A stretch of 64,000 nt of DNA, taken from the NCBI GenBank assembly GCA_964542785.1, contig CAZIUK010000004.1, forward strand, positions 3,691 through 67,690. Direction: 5' to 3'. The DNA is from an uncultured Planctomycetales bacterium (lineage in GTDB: Bacteria > Omnitrophota > Gorgyraeia > Gygaellales > Profunditerraquicolaceae). The notes beneath the pieces are model-generated. The model was not told the origin of the DNA. It searched no databases and saw only the letters and a list, made by a program, of their open reading frames with translations. Of this stretch, positions 1-9,387 are shown in pieces. Position 1 is the first letter of the stretch. Each line of letters starts with the position of its first letter. Made by a program: the position numbers and the translations under genes.

Positions 1-930
1 TCAAAGGGAGGGCGTGGTTTTTGCAGGGCAAGAAAAAATATCGACGGAAAGCTTTATGCTATAAGTTATGGCCAGCCGGTAGCTATGCATGTTGATCCTA
101 TTGAGAAAAAACCGCTTTTTCATGTTTATCCGGGGACAAAATCATTTTCTATAGCTACGGCAGGGTGTAATTTAAGGTGTAAGTTTTGTCAGAATTGGGA
201 GATCTCTCAATTAGATCCTGAATCTGTAAGAGTTGAGTTTGTTTCTCCGGAAGAAATTGTAAGGCAGACAAAAGCCGCAGGATCAAAAACAATCGCTTTT
301 ACTTACACAGAGCCAACTATATTTTATGAATATATGCTTGATGTGGCTAAAGAGGCAAAAAAAGAAGGCGTTATTTGCGTTATGCATTCGGCAGGATTTA
401 TAAATGAAGTGCCTTTACGTAAATTATCAAAGTATCTTACCGCCGCTAATATAGATTTAAAAGGTTTTAGCGAGAAATTTTATTCTTCTTTTTGTGAAGG
501 TAGTTTATCCGATGTTTTAAGGTCGCTTAAAATTTTAAAAGAAGAGGGGGTTTGGGTTGAGATAACAAACCTTATTATCCCTACTGCTAACGATTCAGAG
601 GAAGATATACGCAATCTTTGTGTATGGGTAAAAGAGAACTTAGGGGCAGATACCCCGGTACACTTCTCAAGATTTTTTCCGATGTATAGGCTTACGGATT
701 TGTCTCCTACCCCGATAAGCACTTTAATACGCGCTAAAGAGATAGCCATGGAAACAGGGCTTCGTTATATTTATATCGGTAATGTCCCTGAGAATATCGG
801 AGAGGATACTATTTGCCCTAAATGCGGCAGGCTTTTAGTTAAGCGTATTGGTTATAGGATAGTAGAGAATAACTTATCTAAAGGAAAGTGTGATTCCTGC
901 GGTTATTCTATTCTTGGGATATGGAGCTAA
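1..930 (+). CDS. AmmeMemoRadiSam system radical SAM enzyme (5' end lies upstream of window)
   Basis: Frame stays open from base 1 to the listed ATG at 85, so the gene starts upstream. Shows the family N-terminal block ...YG.PVAMHVDPIEKKPLFH... and a CNLRCKFC radical-SAM Cys triad. Confidence 0.8.
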   Translation, partial: SKGGRGFCRARKNIDGKLYAISYGQPVAMHVDPIEKKPLFHVYPGTKSFSIATAGCNLRCKFCQNWEISQLDPESVRVEFVSPEEIVRQTKAAGSKTIAFTYTEPTIFYEYMLDVAKEAKKEGVICVMHSAGFINEVPLRKLSKYLTAANIDLKGFSEKFYSSFCEGSLSDVLRSLKILKEEGVWVEITNLIIPTANDSEEDIRNLCVWVKENLGADTPVHFSRFFPMYRLTDLSPTPISTLIRAKEIAMETGLRYIYIGNVPENIGEDTICPKCGRLLVKRIGYRIVENNLSKGKCDSCGYSILGIWS

Positions 931-3038
931 TTCCAGAAGTTCTTAAATAAAAAAATCAGGTTAAGAATCAAAATTACTGCAAGGCTTGAAGTAATCCCTA
1001 AGAAGGGGATTAAGAGTATCCCGCAAGATAACGTCCCCAAAAAAGCTCCGGTTAAATCTGCTGAGTAGATTATAGTTGTAATATTCTTTTTGTTAAATTG
1101 CTTTTTCTCTAAATCTTTTGCCAGTATCGGGTATGTCCCTCCGGTAATCACTCCAAAGATAAAAGAGTAAATATAAAATATTCCTTCCTTAAAAGGTATA
1201 GAGTTTATTTTCTTCAGTAAGACAAGCAGGATTAGTATTGTCGATGCCCAGCAGATATAACTAATTGAAATAAAGCAAAGTTTTTTAGGTTCTAATTTAT
1301 TTATAGCAAAAGCCCCGATACTTAATCCGATCATAAAAAAAGATATTAGTAAGCCTAATTTCCAGAATAGGGTATTACAATAAATTTGAAATAAGGCGTA
1401 TATTATTGAGCTTAGGCTGATTGAGGTAAATCCTAATGCCCAGATATTTAAAATGCTAGATGTTTTTTTAAAAAAGGCGTGTATTAATAATATAACTAAA
1501 GCAACAAAAATTAAGAATACAAAGATATTTCTTTTTATTATCATAAAATCTATTCTTAGCCGGGGATAGAATTTAATCTGCTCAAGAATTAGGTAATTAA
1601 GAAATCCCGTAGGATTAAGGTAGGCGTTAGGTTTAATATTCTTATCAAGCATGCTTTCTGTATAGTAGGATAGCGAGGGGTCAAGAGAGTCCTTAAGGTG
1701 GTAATAAGTAAAGAAGCTGGTGTTAATCTTTGCCTTTGTAAAATTATCTAAGAGCAGGGGCTTTGTTATTCTTATATCATCAGAAGCGATAATAAACATA
1801 GAGTCTGAAGGGATTAAGAGCCGGTTTCTAAAGGTTTTTTCTGCGGCATTTATTATGGCAGAGTTAAATTTAGCAAATTGCGGGCTTAAAATTTCACGTT
1901 TAGAAGGGATGTAAAATGAGAAGATTCCGTTTGGCTTAATCTTTCTTTTTATAAGTTTAAAGAACTCTATAGTAAAGTATCGGTTTAAAGATAGGCTAGA
2001 AGGCGCAGGCTCGCTGAGCAAAACCGCATCATAGAGTTTGTTATTATTTTTTAGGTATCTTGCCGGATCATCTGTTATAAAGCGCATAGTTTTATTCTCA
2101 AAAGAAAGAAGATTTTCTTTGCTTAATTTTGTTATTATCGGGTCTAATTGGAGACAATCTATTGAGTTAGGCGAATACTTTAATATCTCTTCAATCTGCC
2201 CTGAAAGGGCTGCCCCGATAAAGAGGATATCTTTATCTTCGAAGTTTCTTAAGGCAGATAGGCTTGTATGTATGAATTCTTCTATGCTTGATTTATCTTC
2301 GCTTGAAGCCAGCAATGAGCCCGAAGAGAAGATAGCCGTAACTTTGTCTCTATTAGTTATTATTATCGGCCCGTAATGGGAGCCTAAGTTTGCGGTTATA
2401 TCAGCATTTTTAAATTCTTTTTTTAAGATAGGATTAAATATTTTAGAGGAGAGAAGAATAAGGACAGCTACAAGAGTTACGGCAATAATCTTATTATCTT
2501 TTTTCTTTTTTGTTAGTATTAACAGGATGGGTAATATTGCAAATAGAAGTGGGTTAGTATAATTATTTAAGTATGTAGCAAAGGTTATTCCACCGATAAA
2601 AAAGCCTATCGCCTCAAAGGCAAAAAACTTAGCAGGGGTGTTGGGTTGCGTGGTACTTGCTTTAAGATGTTCTCTGACAAGCTGCTTAAATATATTTCCT
2701 AAGATAAGGGCATTTGGCCCTATTAAAATTATCCCTGACATTAATATAAAGCTTAAACTTGGAGTTTCGTAGTATTTTATTCCGCAGAGAGTTTTTAAGA
2801 GGTGGATGCCGGATATAGTTAGAAAAAAACAGAGCGAAGAAAAGAAAGATAGAGCTAAGTTGTTAAATTTTTTAGGGGCTTTTATCAAGCTGCCTATTGC
2901 GCAGAATATGATCCAAAACCCGGCAGCAATTATAAAGGCTAACTCATTCTTGGCTATAGAAAAGTTAAACTCGCGTAAAAGGACAAGTTGAAATATTGAA
3001 GTAACTATGCCTAAGGTAATAAATATAAACATAGACAA
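927..3038 (-). CDS. polytopic membrane protein with central spermidine-synthase-like (class I SAM/aminopropyltransferase) domain; 'fused membrane/spermidine synthase' architecture
   Basis: 703 aa. Hydrophobic N- and C-terminal thirds flank a central Rossmann-like domain (DILFIGAALSGQ...DAVLLSEPAPS...PNGIFS). Appears to start at TTG 3038 or ATG 3032. Confidence 0.55.
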   Translation of the reverse strand: MSMFIFITLGIVTSIFQLVLLREFNFSIAKNELAFIIAAGFWIIFCAIGSLIKAPKKFNNLALSFFSSLCFFLTISGIHLLKTLCGIKYYETPSLSFILMSGIILIGPNALILGNIFKQLVREHLKASTTQPNTPAKFFAFEAIGFFIGGITFATYLNNYTNPLLFAILPILLILTKKKKDNKIIAVTLVAVLILLSSKIFNPILKKEFKNADITANLGSHYGPIIITNRDKVTAIFSSGSLLASSEDKSSIEEFIHTSLSALRNFEDKDILFIGAALSGQIEEILKYSPNSIDCLQLDPIITKLSKENLLSFENKTMRFITDDPARYLKNNNKLYDAVLLSEPAPSSLSLNRYFTIEFFKLIKRKIKPNGIFSFYIPSKREILSPQFAKFNSAIINAAEKTFRNRLLIPSDSMFIIASDDIRITKPLLLDNFTKAKINTSFFTYYHLKDSLDPSLSYYTESMLDKNIKPNAYLNPTGFLNYLILEQIKFYPRLRIDFMIIKRNIFVFLIFVALVILLIHAFFKKTSSILNIWALGFTSISLSSIIYALFQIYCNTLFWKLGLLISFFMIGLSIGAFAINKLEPKKLCFISISYICWASTILILLVLLKKINSIPFKEGIFYIYSFIFGVITGGTYPILAKDLEKKQFNKKNITTIIYSADLTGAFLGTLSCGILLIPFLGITSSLAVILILNLIFLFKNFWN

Positions 3039-3114
3039 TTCCTCTTTTTATAATTATATTAATCCTAATAGGGGGGAAAGTCTATATTATTTATTTTTTA
3101 AGGTGTTATCTATC

Positions 3115-3143
3115 TTTACAAAATAATTAAAAACTGCTAATAT
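3115..3143 (+). promoter_or_regulatory. sigma70-like promoter TTTACA-N17-TAATAT upstream of tRNA-Arg/tadA
   Basis: Hexamers at 3115-3120 and 3138-3143 with a 17-nt spacer; predicted start site about 10 nt before the tRNA. Confidence 0.35.
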
Positions 3144-3152
3144 ATTTATTTA

Positions 3153-3226
3153 GCGCCCATAGCTCAATTGGATAGAGCGTCAGTCTACGGAACTGAAGGC
3201 TGCTGGTTCGACCCCAGCTGGGCGCG
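3153..3226 (+). tRNA. tRNA-Arg (anticodon ACG), no encoded CCA
   Basis: Hand-folded cloverleaf: acceptor GCGCCCA/TGGGCGC, D-arm GCTC-AATTGGATA-GAGC, anticodon stem TCAGT/ACTGA with loop CTACGGA, T-arm GCTGG-TTCGACC-CCAGC, discriminator G. Confidence 0.85.
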
Positions 3227-3261
3227 TATATTAAAGTTTTTTATCCTTCCTAAAAAGTTTA

Positions 3262-3729
3262 ATGGATAAAGCACACAAAGCCTATATGTCTTTAGCCCTG
3301 CAAAAGGCAAAGATTGCCTTTGAAGAAGATGAAGTTCCGGTTGGGGCGGTAATAGTAAATGAGGGCAAGGTTATAGCTACAGGGTATAATCAGGTAGAGT
3401 GTTTAAAAGACCCTACTGCCCATGCTGAAATGATCGCCCTTACCTCGGCATCTAATTTTTTAGGGACAAAGTGGTTGAACGAAGCATCTCTCTATGTTAC
3501 AATTGAGCCGTGTAGTATGTGTGCTGGGGCATTAGTCTTAGCGCGGATAAAAAATATATATTACGCAGCTAAAGATCCTAAAGCCGGGGCATGCGGTTCG
3601 GTAATTAACATTGCCAATCATAGAGATTTAAATCATAGGATAAATGTTTTTAGCGGGATAATGCAAGAAGAGTCTTCTTGCCTTTTAAAAGATTTCTTTA
3701 AGAATAAGAGAAAGTTGATAGGAAAATAA
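3262..3729 (+). CDS. tadA: tRNA adenosine(34) deaminase TadA
   Basis: 155 aa with the CDA zinc motifs HAEMIAL and PCSMCAGAL. Confidence 0.85.
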   Translation: MDKAHKAYMSLALQKAKIAFEEDEVPVGAVIVNEGKVIATGYNQVECLKDPTAHAEMIALTSASNFLGTKWLNEASLYVTIEPCSMCAGALVLARIKNIYYAAKDPKAGACGSVINIANHRDLNHRINVFSGIMQEESSCLLKDFFKNKRKLIGK

Positions 3730-3733
3730 TACT

Positions 3734-3822
3734 GGAGAGGTGGCTGAGTGGTCGAAAGCAACTCACTGCTAATGAGTTGTCCTGGGAAACTGGGACCCTG
3801 GGTTCAAATCCCAGCCTCTCCG
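3734..3822 (+). tRNA. tRNA-Ser (anticodon GCT), type II long variable arm, no encoded CCA
   Basis: 89 nt. Acceptor GGAGAGG/CCTCTCC, anticodon stem ACTCA/TGAGT with loop CTGCTAA, long variable arm, T-arm CTGGG-TTCAAAT-CCCAG. Confidence 0.8.
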
Positions 3823-3863
3823 AAAGCCTTGTTCTTGGAGAGCGTCCCCCCAGAAATAAGAAG

Positions 3864-5453
3864 ATGAGTTATGTAGCTTTTGCTTTAAAATGGCGGCCGA
3901 ATAATTTTGATGAGATTATCGGACAGCCACATATAGTTAATACATTAAAGAGCGCGCTTGGAAAGAAGCGCCTTGCTAATGCCTATCTTTTTGCCGGGCC
4001 GCGCGGCGTAGGTAAGACTTCTACTGCCCGTATTTTAGCTAAAGCCTTAAATTGCAAAGAAGGGCTTTCTGCCAATCCTTGCGGCAAGTGCAGTTCTTGC
4101 GTAGAAATATCTCAAAGCCGTTCTCTTGATGTAATAGAGATAGACGGAGCGTCGAATACCGGGGTAGATGATGTCCGCACCTTACGGGAAAATGTCAAAT
4201 TTTCTCCTGTTTCAGGCAAGTTTAAAGTCTATATTATAGATGAAGTGCACATGCTTTCTTCGTCTGCTTTTAATGCCTTGCTAAAAACCCTTGAGGAGCC
4301 GCCCGAATTTGTAAAATTCATTTTTGCTACTACGCTTGCCGATAAAATACCTCTTACTGTATTGTCGCGTTGCCAACGTTTTGACTTTAGAAGGATATCG
4401 GCAACAGAGATTGCGTTGCAACTTGAGAAGATAGTTAAAGCTGAAAATATCAAAGTTGATAAAGAGGTTTTATTTGCTATAGCAAAGGTAAGCGATGGAG
4501 CTTTGCGTGATGCCGAATCTATCTTAGACCAGCTTGTTTCCTTTTCTAAAGATGGCGTATCGTTAAAAGATGTTACTACCGTATTAGGTTTAGTTGAGCA
4601 GGAGGCCCTATTTGAAATAACTGATAAGATCATCCAAAAAGATGCTAATAAGGCCTTGGAGCTTTTAAATGAAATCATAGATAGTGGCAAAGATGCGAAT
4701 ATTTTTTTAAGTAGTCTTATTGAGCATTTTCGTAATCTTATGGTTGCTAAAGTTACTAAAGGGGCCGCAAAGTTAATTGATTTGCCCCCGGAGGACTGCG
4801 AGCGGCTTTTAAGGCAGTCTAATTTTTTTAGTCTAGAAGAAATATTAGGCGTTTTTAATCTATTATCCGGCACTCATGAGATGCTAAAGAGGCTTGAGTT
4901 ATTCCGTATTCCACTGGAGATAAGTATCGTACGTTTAGCTAAAAATAAGAAACCGATTACCTCTTCTTTAAATGAGGAAGAAATAAAGGAGGATAAATTA
5001 AAGGCAGATAACCTAAAGAAAAAAGAGCCTATTAAAAGAGTTGGAGGTGTAAATAACCCTAATTTATCCGGTGGGGTTGATCAAGGGCCCTCATCAGTAA
5101 CAAATATTACCTTGGATAATATTAAGTCTCTTTGGAAAAATATAATTGAGAGTTTAAGCGAGGTTAAAATTTCAGCTGCAAATTACCTTAGCCAAGGAGA
5201 GCCGTTTAATCTTAAGGGTGATTTACTCACCGTGGCCTTTCCTAAAAGCTGCTCTTTTTATAAAGAATCGCTTGAGCGCAAGGAGAATAGGGAGATCGTA
5301 GAGAGGAATTTAGCGAATATTTTAAACACAAGACTAAGAATAGGTTTTGTATTTCATTCGGAAGATGCAAAAAATAAGCCTGAAGATTCGGGGGGTAGTT
5401 TTATCCGCTCAGTTATAGATGTTTTTGGCGGCAGGGTTGTAAAGGAAGAGTAA
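3864..5453 (+). CDS. dnaX: DNA polymerase III subunit tau/gamma
   Basis: N-terminus MSYVAFALKWRPNNFDEIIGQPH, Walker A GPRGVGKTS, clamp-loader AAA+ domains. The track's 3777 start runs through the tRNA-Ser gene, so ATG 3864 is the credible start. Confidence 0.85.
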   Translation: MSYVAFALKWRPNNFDEIIGQPHIVNTLKSALGKKRLANAYLFAGPRGVGKTSTARILAKALNCKEGLSANPCGKCSSCVEISQSRSLDVIEIDGASNTGVDDVRTLRENVKFSPVSGKFKVYIIDEVHMLSSSAFNALLKTLEEPPEFVKFIFATTLADKIPLTVLSRCQRFDFRRISATEIALQLEKIVKAENIKVDKEVLFAIAKVSDGALRDAESILDQLVSFSKDGVSLKDVTTVLGLVEQEALFEITDKIIQKDANKALELLNEIIDSGKDANIFLSSLIEHFRNLMVAKVTKGAAKLIDLPPEDCERLLRQSNFFSLEEILGVFNLLSGTHEMLKRLELFRIPLEISIVRLAKNKKPITSSLNEEEIKEDKLKADNLKKKEPIKRVGGVNNPNLSGGVDQGPSSVTNITLDNIKSLWKNIIESLSEVKISAANYLSQGEPFNLKGDLLTVAFPKSCSFYKESLERKENREIVERNLANILNTRLRIGFVFHSEDAKNKPEDSGGSFIRSVIDVFGGRVVKEE

Positions 5454-6052
5454 TGGCAAATTATACTGAGTCAATAGAGAAACTTATTGAGAGCTTAACA
5501 AGGTTGCCTGGTATTGGTAGACGAAGCGCTGAGCGCGTAGTTAACTATATACTCGGGGCGACAAAAGAAGAGGTAAAGAGCTTATCAGACGGAATAATGA
5601 AGGTAAAGGAGAGCGTGCGTTTCTGTAGTCTTTGTCATAATTTAAGCGAAGAGGAGCTCTGTAAAATTTGTCAAGATCCTCGCAGGCAGAAGGACCTTAT
5701 CTGTGTCGTTGAAAAGCCCAGCGATGTGACGGCGATAGAAAAATCAGGCAGTTTCCCGGGAGTTTACCATGTTTTATTAGGAGCAATATCCCCGCTTGAA
5801 GGCAAGGGCCCCGGAGACCTTAAGATAGATACTCTTTTAAGCCGTATTAAGCAGTTGAATATAAAAGAGATAATTATCGCTACTGATGCTGATACCGAAG
5901 GCGAGGCAACTGCTTTATACTTAACGAAATTAATCAAGCCTTTGGGTGTGCGTTTAAGCCGCATTGGCTTAGGCTTGCCTGTTGGTTCAAATCTTGAGTA
6001 TGCGGATTCAACTACTCTCTCAAAGTCCTTAGAAGCTCGCCGCGCCATTTAA
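5453..6052 (+). CDS. recR: recombination protein RecR
   Basis: 199 aa with a C4 zinc finger (CSLCHN...CKIC) and a Toprim domain. Its start overlaps the dnaX stop. Confidence 0.85.
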   Translation: MANYTESIEKLIESLTRLPGIGRRSAERVVNYILGATKEEVKSLSDGIMKVKESVRFCSLCHNLSEEELCKICQDPRRQKDLICVVEKPSDVTAIEKSGSFPGVYHVLLGAISPLEGKGPGDLKIDTLLSRIKQLNIKEIIIATDADTEGEATALYLTKLIKPLGVRLSRIGLGLPVGSNLEYADSTTLSKSLEARRAI

Positions 6053-6056
6053 TTTT

Positions 6057-7988
6057 ATGATTACTGTTATTAACTTATCAAAAAACTACGGGAAAAAGAC
6101 CCTTTTTGAGAGGATTTCATTAAATATTAATAAGGGAGAAAAAATAGGTCTTATAGGGCCAAATGGCTCTGGAAAATCTACATTTTTTTCCCTCATATTA
6201 GGCGAAGTAGAGCCTGCATCAGGGGAAATAAGGGTTAACAAGGGTATTAACATAGGGCACCTTGCTCAGGAGTCAAGGTTTAACCCTAATAATACGGTAA
6301 TCGCTGAGTTAACTAAAGGCGATAGTAGGATTCTGCAATTAAAAAAGGAAAAGTCTGAATTAGAAGACAGTGGTAAAGCAGGTTCAGGTCGGTATGGGCA
6401 GGTCTTGCATGAATTAGAAGCTTTGGGATTTTTTGAATTAGAGCATAAGGCAAAAAAGGTTTTAATGGGGTTAGGGTTTAAAGAGAAAGATTTTGACCGC
6501 AATATACATAACTTAAGCGGAGGATGGCAGATGCGCACTCTCCTTGCAAAACTCCTTGCTTATCGTTATGACCTTCTTTTATTAGATGAGCCTACCAATT
6601 ATCTTGATTTAAATGCCGCTATTTGGCTAAAAGATTATTTGTCGAAGTTTCAAGGAACTTTTATTATGATTTCGCACGATCGCGCTTTTTTAACCGATGT
6701 AACTAACTATACTTTAATTTTAGAGAACGGCACGATTGCTAAGGTGCGAGGAAACTACGAGCATTATGAAGAGATAAAAAGAGAGAAACGTATTTATTTA
6801 GAAAAGCAATTTAAGGAGCAGGAGAGAAAAAGAGAGCAACTTGAAAGATTTATATCGCGTTTCCATGCCCAGCCAAATAAGGCAGCGGCAGTACGCTCTA
6901 AGAGGACTGCCTTAGAGCGGTTAGAAAAAGAAGCGGTAGAATTGCCTCCTGACCCGCGTGAAAGCATTAGGAATTTTACCTTTCCTCAGGCAAGAAGGAG
7001 CGGCCATAAAATAATAGAGTTAAGTAAGGTAAGCAAGAGTTATAAAGAGATAGAGGTCTATAAGGATTTAGATTTTGAGATTACTCAAGGAGAAAAAGCT
7101 GTTCTTGCTGGAGAAAATGGAGTCGGCAAGTCAACCCTTCTTAAGATATTATCCGGAGTAGTAGATATTGATTCTGGTAGTCGTATAATAGGGCATAATG
7201 TTGATGTGGGATATTTTTCGCAGACGCGCACGGATGTTTTAAATGTGGAGAATACTGTTTTACGCGAGGTTTATTCTGCTGCGTCCGGTTATATGCCGGA
7301 GGAATCAATCAGGTCAATATTAGGAGCTTTTTTATTTACTGGGGATGATACTGAAAAGAAAGTTAAGGTGTTATCAGGCGGAGAGAAGAGCCGGCTTATA
7401 TTGGCTAAGCTTTTAATTAATCCTCCAAATTTTCTATTACTGGACGAACCGACAACCCATTTAGATGTAGATGCGGTTGAAGCGTTGGTTAAGGCATTAG
7501 GTGATTATCAAGGGACGCTTGTTTTTATCAGCCATGATATATACTTTGTTCGCTCTGTAGCTAATACTGTTTATGAGGTTAAAAATGGAAGGATAAGGAA
7601 ATTTCCCGGTCAGTTTGATTATTACCTTGGGAAAAAAGATTCCTTTCAAGTGCCTATCGAGCCTAAAAAAATTCGGGTTGATTTTAAGAAACAAAAACAG
7701 GAAGAAGAGAAACTTAAGGCAAAAGAGGCAGAGAAGATAAAGAGGGCAGAAGAAAAAAAGCGGAAATCCCATAATGCGGCTTTGCGTATAGAGATAAATA
7801 AGCTTAAGAATAAAAAAGAGGTTTTAAGAATTGAGAGTAGCGCTAAGTTACGGTCGCTCTCTAATCCTAAGTTCTATCATGATGAAGAAAAGGCTCGTGA
7901 ATACGGGAAGCGGCTTAAAGAGATTGAAAAGATAATTAGTGAAATTGACAGTAAGATAAATGCACTGGAAGAGCAGATTATTGCTTGA
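6057..7988 (+). CDS. ABC-F family ATPase (Uup-like; two ABC cassettes plus C-terminal K/E-rich coiled coil)
   Basis: Two Walker A motifs (GPNGSGKST, GENGVGKST), two LSGG signatures, an inter-domain linker, and a C-terminal coiled coil of roughly 100 aa. Confidence 0.8.
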   Translation: MITVINLSKNYGKKTLFERISLNINKGEKIGLIGPNGSGKSTFFSLILGEVEPASGEIRVNKGINIGHLAQESRFNPNNTVIAELTKGDSRILQLKKEKSELEDSGKAGSGRYGQVLHELEALGFFELEHKAKKVLMGLGFKEKDFDRNIHNLSGGWQMRTLLAKLLAYRYDLLLLDEPTNYLDLNAAIWLKDYLSKFQGTFIMISHDRAFLTDVTNYTLILENGTIAKVRGNYEHYEEIKREKRIYLEKQFKEQERKREQLERFISRFHAQPNKAAAVRSKRTALERLEKEAVELPPDPRESIRNFTFPQARRSGHKIIELSKVSKSYKEIEVYKDLDFEITQGEKAVLAGENGVGKSTLLKILSGVVDIDSGSRIIGHNVDVGYFSQTRTDVLNVENTVLREVYSAASGYMPEESIRSILGAFLFTGDDTEKKVKVLSGGEKSRLILAKLLINPPNFLLLDEPTTHLDVDAVEALVKALGDYQGTLVFISHDIYFVRSVANTVYEVKNGRIRKFPGQFDYYLGKKDSFQVPIEPKKIRVDFKKQKQEEEKLKAKEAEKIKRAEEKKRKSHNAALRIEINKLKNKKEVLRIESSAKLRSLSNPKFYHDEEKAREYGKRLKEIEKIISEIDSKINALEEQIIA

Positions 7989-8043
7989 CCTTGAGCGCTT
8001 TTTTAGTAGAATATAAAAAGAAAACCGTTCATTTATAATAGAT

Positions 8044-8119
8044 TCCCCCTTAGCTCAGTCGGTAGAGCGAGTGGCTGTTAACCACCAGGTCCGAGGTTCG
8101 AGTCCTCGAGGGGGAGCCA
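8044..8119 (+). tRNA. tRNA-Asn (anticodon GTT), CCA encoded
   Basis: Acceptor TCCCCCT/AGGGGGA, D-arm GCTC-AGTCGGTA-GAGC, anticodon stem AGTGG/CCACC with loop CTGTTAA, T-arm CGAGG-TTCGAGT-CCTCG, discriminator G then CCA. Confidence 0.85.
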
Positions 8120-8125
8120 CTTCGG

Positions 8126-8154
8126 ACGAACAGACGCACCAACTTGCTGTTCGT
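8126..8154 (+). other. perfect 8-bp inverted repeat hairpin (ACGAACAG-N13-CTGTTCGT) immediately 3' of tRNA-Asn
   Basis: Read directly from the sequence. Function unknown; could be a processing element or part of the terminator. Confidence 0.4.
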
Positions 8155-8163
8155 TAACATCAG

Positions 8164-8204
8164 CCCCGCTTCGGAGTAATTCCGGAACGGGGTTTTTGTT
8201 TTTT
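8164..8204 (+). terminator. rho-independent terminator after tRNA-Asn
   Basis: GC-rich imperfect hairpin CCCCGCTTCGGAG...TCCGGAACGGGG followed by TTTTTGTTTTTT. Confidence 0.6.
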
Positions 8205-8278
8205 AAGTTTTTCCGGGGCGTTAAAGGAGGTGTTTTAAGGAAGGGGTAAGAGTTATCTTTTTAAATATGGTAAATGTG

Positions 8279-9082
8279 TTATTTGAGTTTAGCAACAGCG
8301 ACTATTTGCCTACCTTGCCATTTTCTTAGAAGCAGGCTTAGTGGATGTAAAGAAGGGTCCTCGCAGTATACTCTGGCATTAAAATTTTTAAGGAGCTTTC
8401 TAAGCCGTCCGGGAGTCATAACATTGCCATGCATTTTTCTGCAAGTTTCTCCGCGGTCTGGCTTAAATCTTAACAAACGCTTAAAGAACTCTTTTACTGA
8501 TTTTGGCCTATATTTTCCCCTTGGAATACGAAAGAGCATTTTTAGAAAGCGAAAAGGTGTGTCTAAAAACATTTTTACTGGCTGAAGAAAAGATTCATAA
8601 AGGTGATTTGGTGTTGTAATGATTAAAGTTCCGGTAGGTTTTAAGGATTTGCTGATTTTTTCTAGGGACTCTTTAAGCTGCCAGTCGTACATATGTTCAG
8701 CAGTTTCAATCATAAATATGTAATCATATTTTTTATCGTAAGTATACCCTTCAGCTGTATTTTTTTCAAAAAACATTCTTTGTTGTAGATGTCCGGGCAG
8801 TCCGGACTTAATCTGGTTTGCAATATCAACAGCATCTTGGCTGTAGTCAATACCGTATCCGATAGCGCCATTTTTTACGCAATAATAAACAAGTTCCCCG
8901 CGGCCGCAGCCAATATCTAAAATAGTAGAATCTTTATTGATAGTAATTAATTTAAGCACGCGCTTAAATTTGTCATGGATATTAGCATCTAAACCTAAAG
9001 TGAACTCACGATGCTCATCATTATCGGATAGATAGTATTCTTTTGTATATAACTCCGGCGGTATTATTTTCTTATTTTCCAT
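8279..9082 (-). CDS. class I SAM-dependent methyltransferase
   Basis: 267 aa with motif I LDIGCGRGEL and motif II/post-I DYIFMIE...LKPTGTLII. Opposite strand to all flanking genes. Confidence 0.7.
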   Translation of the reverse strand: MENKKIIPPELYTKEYYLSDNDEHREFTLGLDANIHDKFKRVLKLITINKDSTILDIGCGRGELVYYCVKNGAIGYGIDYSQDAVDIANQIKSGLPGHLQQRMFFEKNTAEGYTYDKKYDYIFMIETAEHMYDWQLKESLEKISKSLKPTGTLIITTPNHLYESFLQPVKMFLDTPFRFLKMLFRIPRGKYRPKSVKEFFKRLLRFKPDRGETCRKMHGNVMTPGRLRKLLKNFNARVYCEDPSLHPLSLLLRKWQGRQIVAVAKLK

Positions 9083-9387
9083 GATAATCCTTTAAGTCTT
9101 TTAATATTAACATGATATGTAATAAAATCAAGATTTTCTTAGCTAATTTTAATTCAGGAGGATTTTCAATTAGATATTCCCGTATTTGGATGGCCAAGGC
9201 GATATTGTTATCTTCAAACGTGTTAAAGTGTTACGTCGAATATTTTTGAATTGTCATATGGTTTTATTTAAGGATTGAAGCAAGCGTTGTATTATCCGTA
9301 ACTAGTTATCTATTTAGTTGGTTAATTCTTGCCTAGTCTTCTATAAGACCATTTGGGCTTGCTTAACTTATCAAAAGAACAAGGCTA

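Noticed and set aside
3777-3863. Track start of the dnaX ORF (MSWETGTLGSNPSL...)
   Set aside because: These codons are the tRNA-Ser(GCT) gene read as protein. The real dnaX start is ATG 3864 (MSYVAFALKWRP...).
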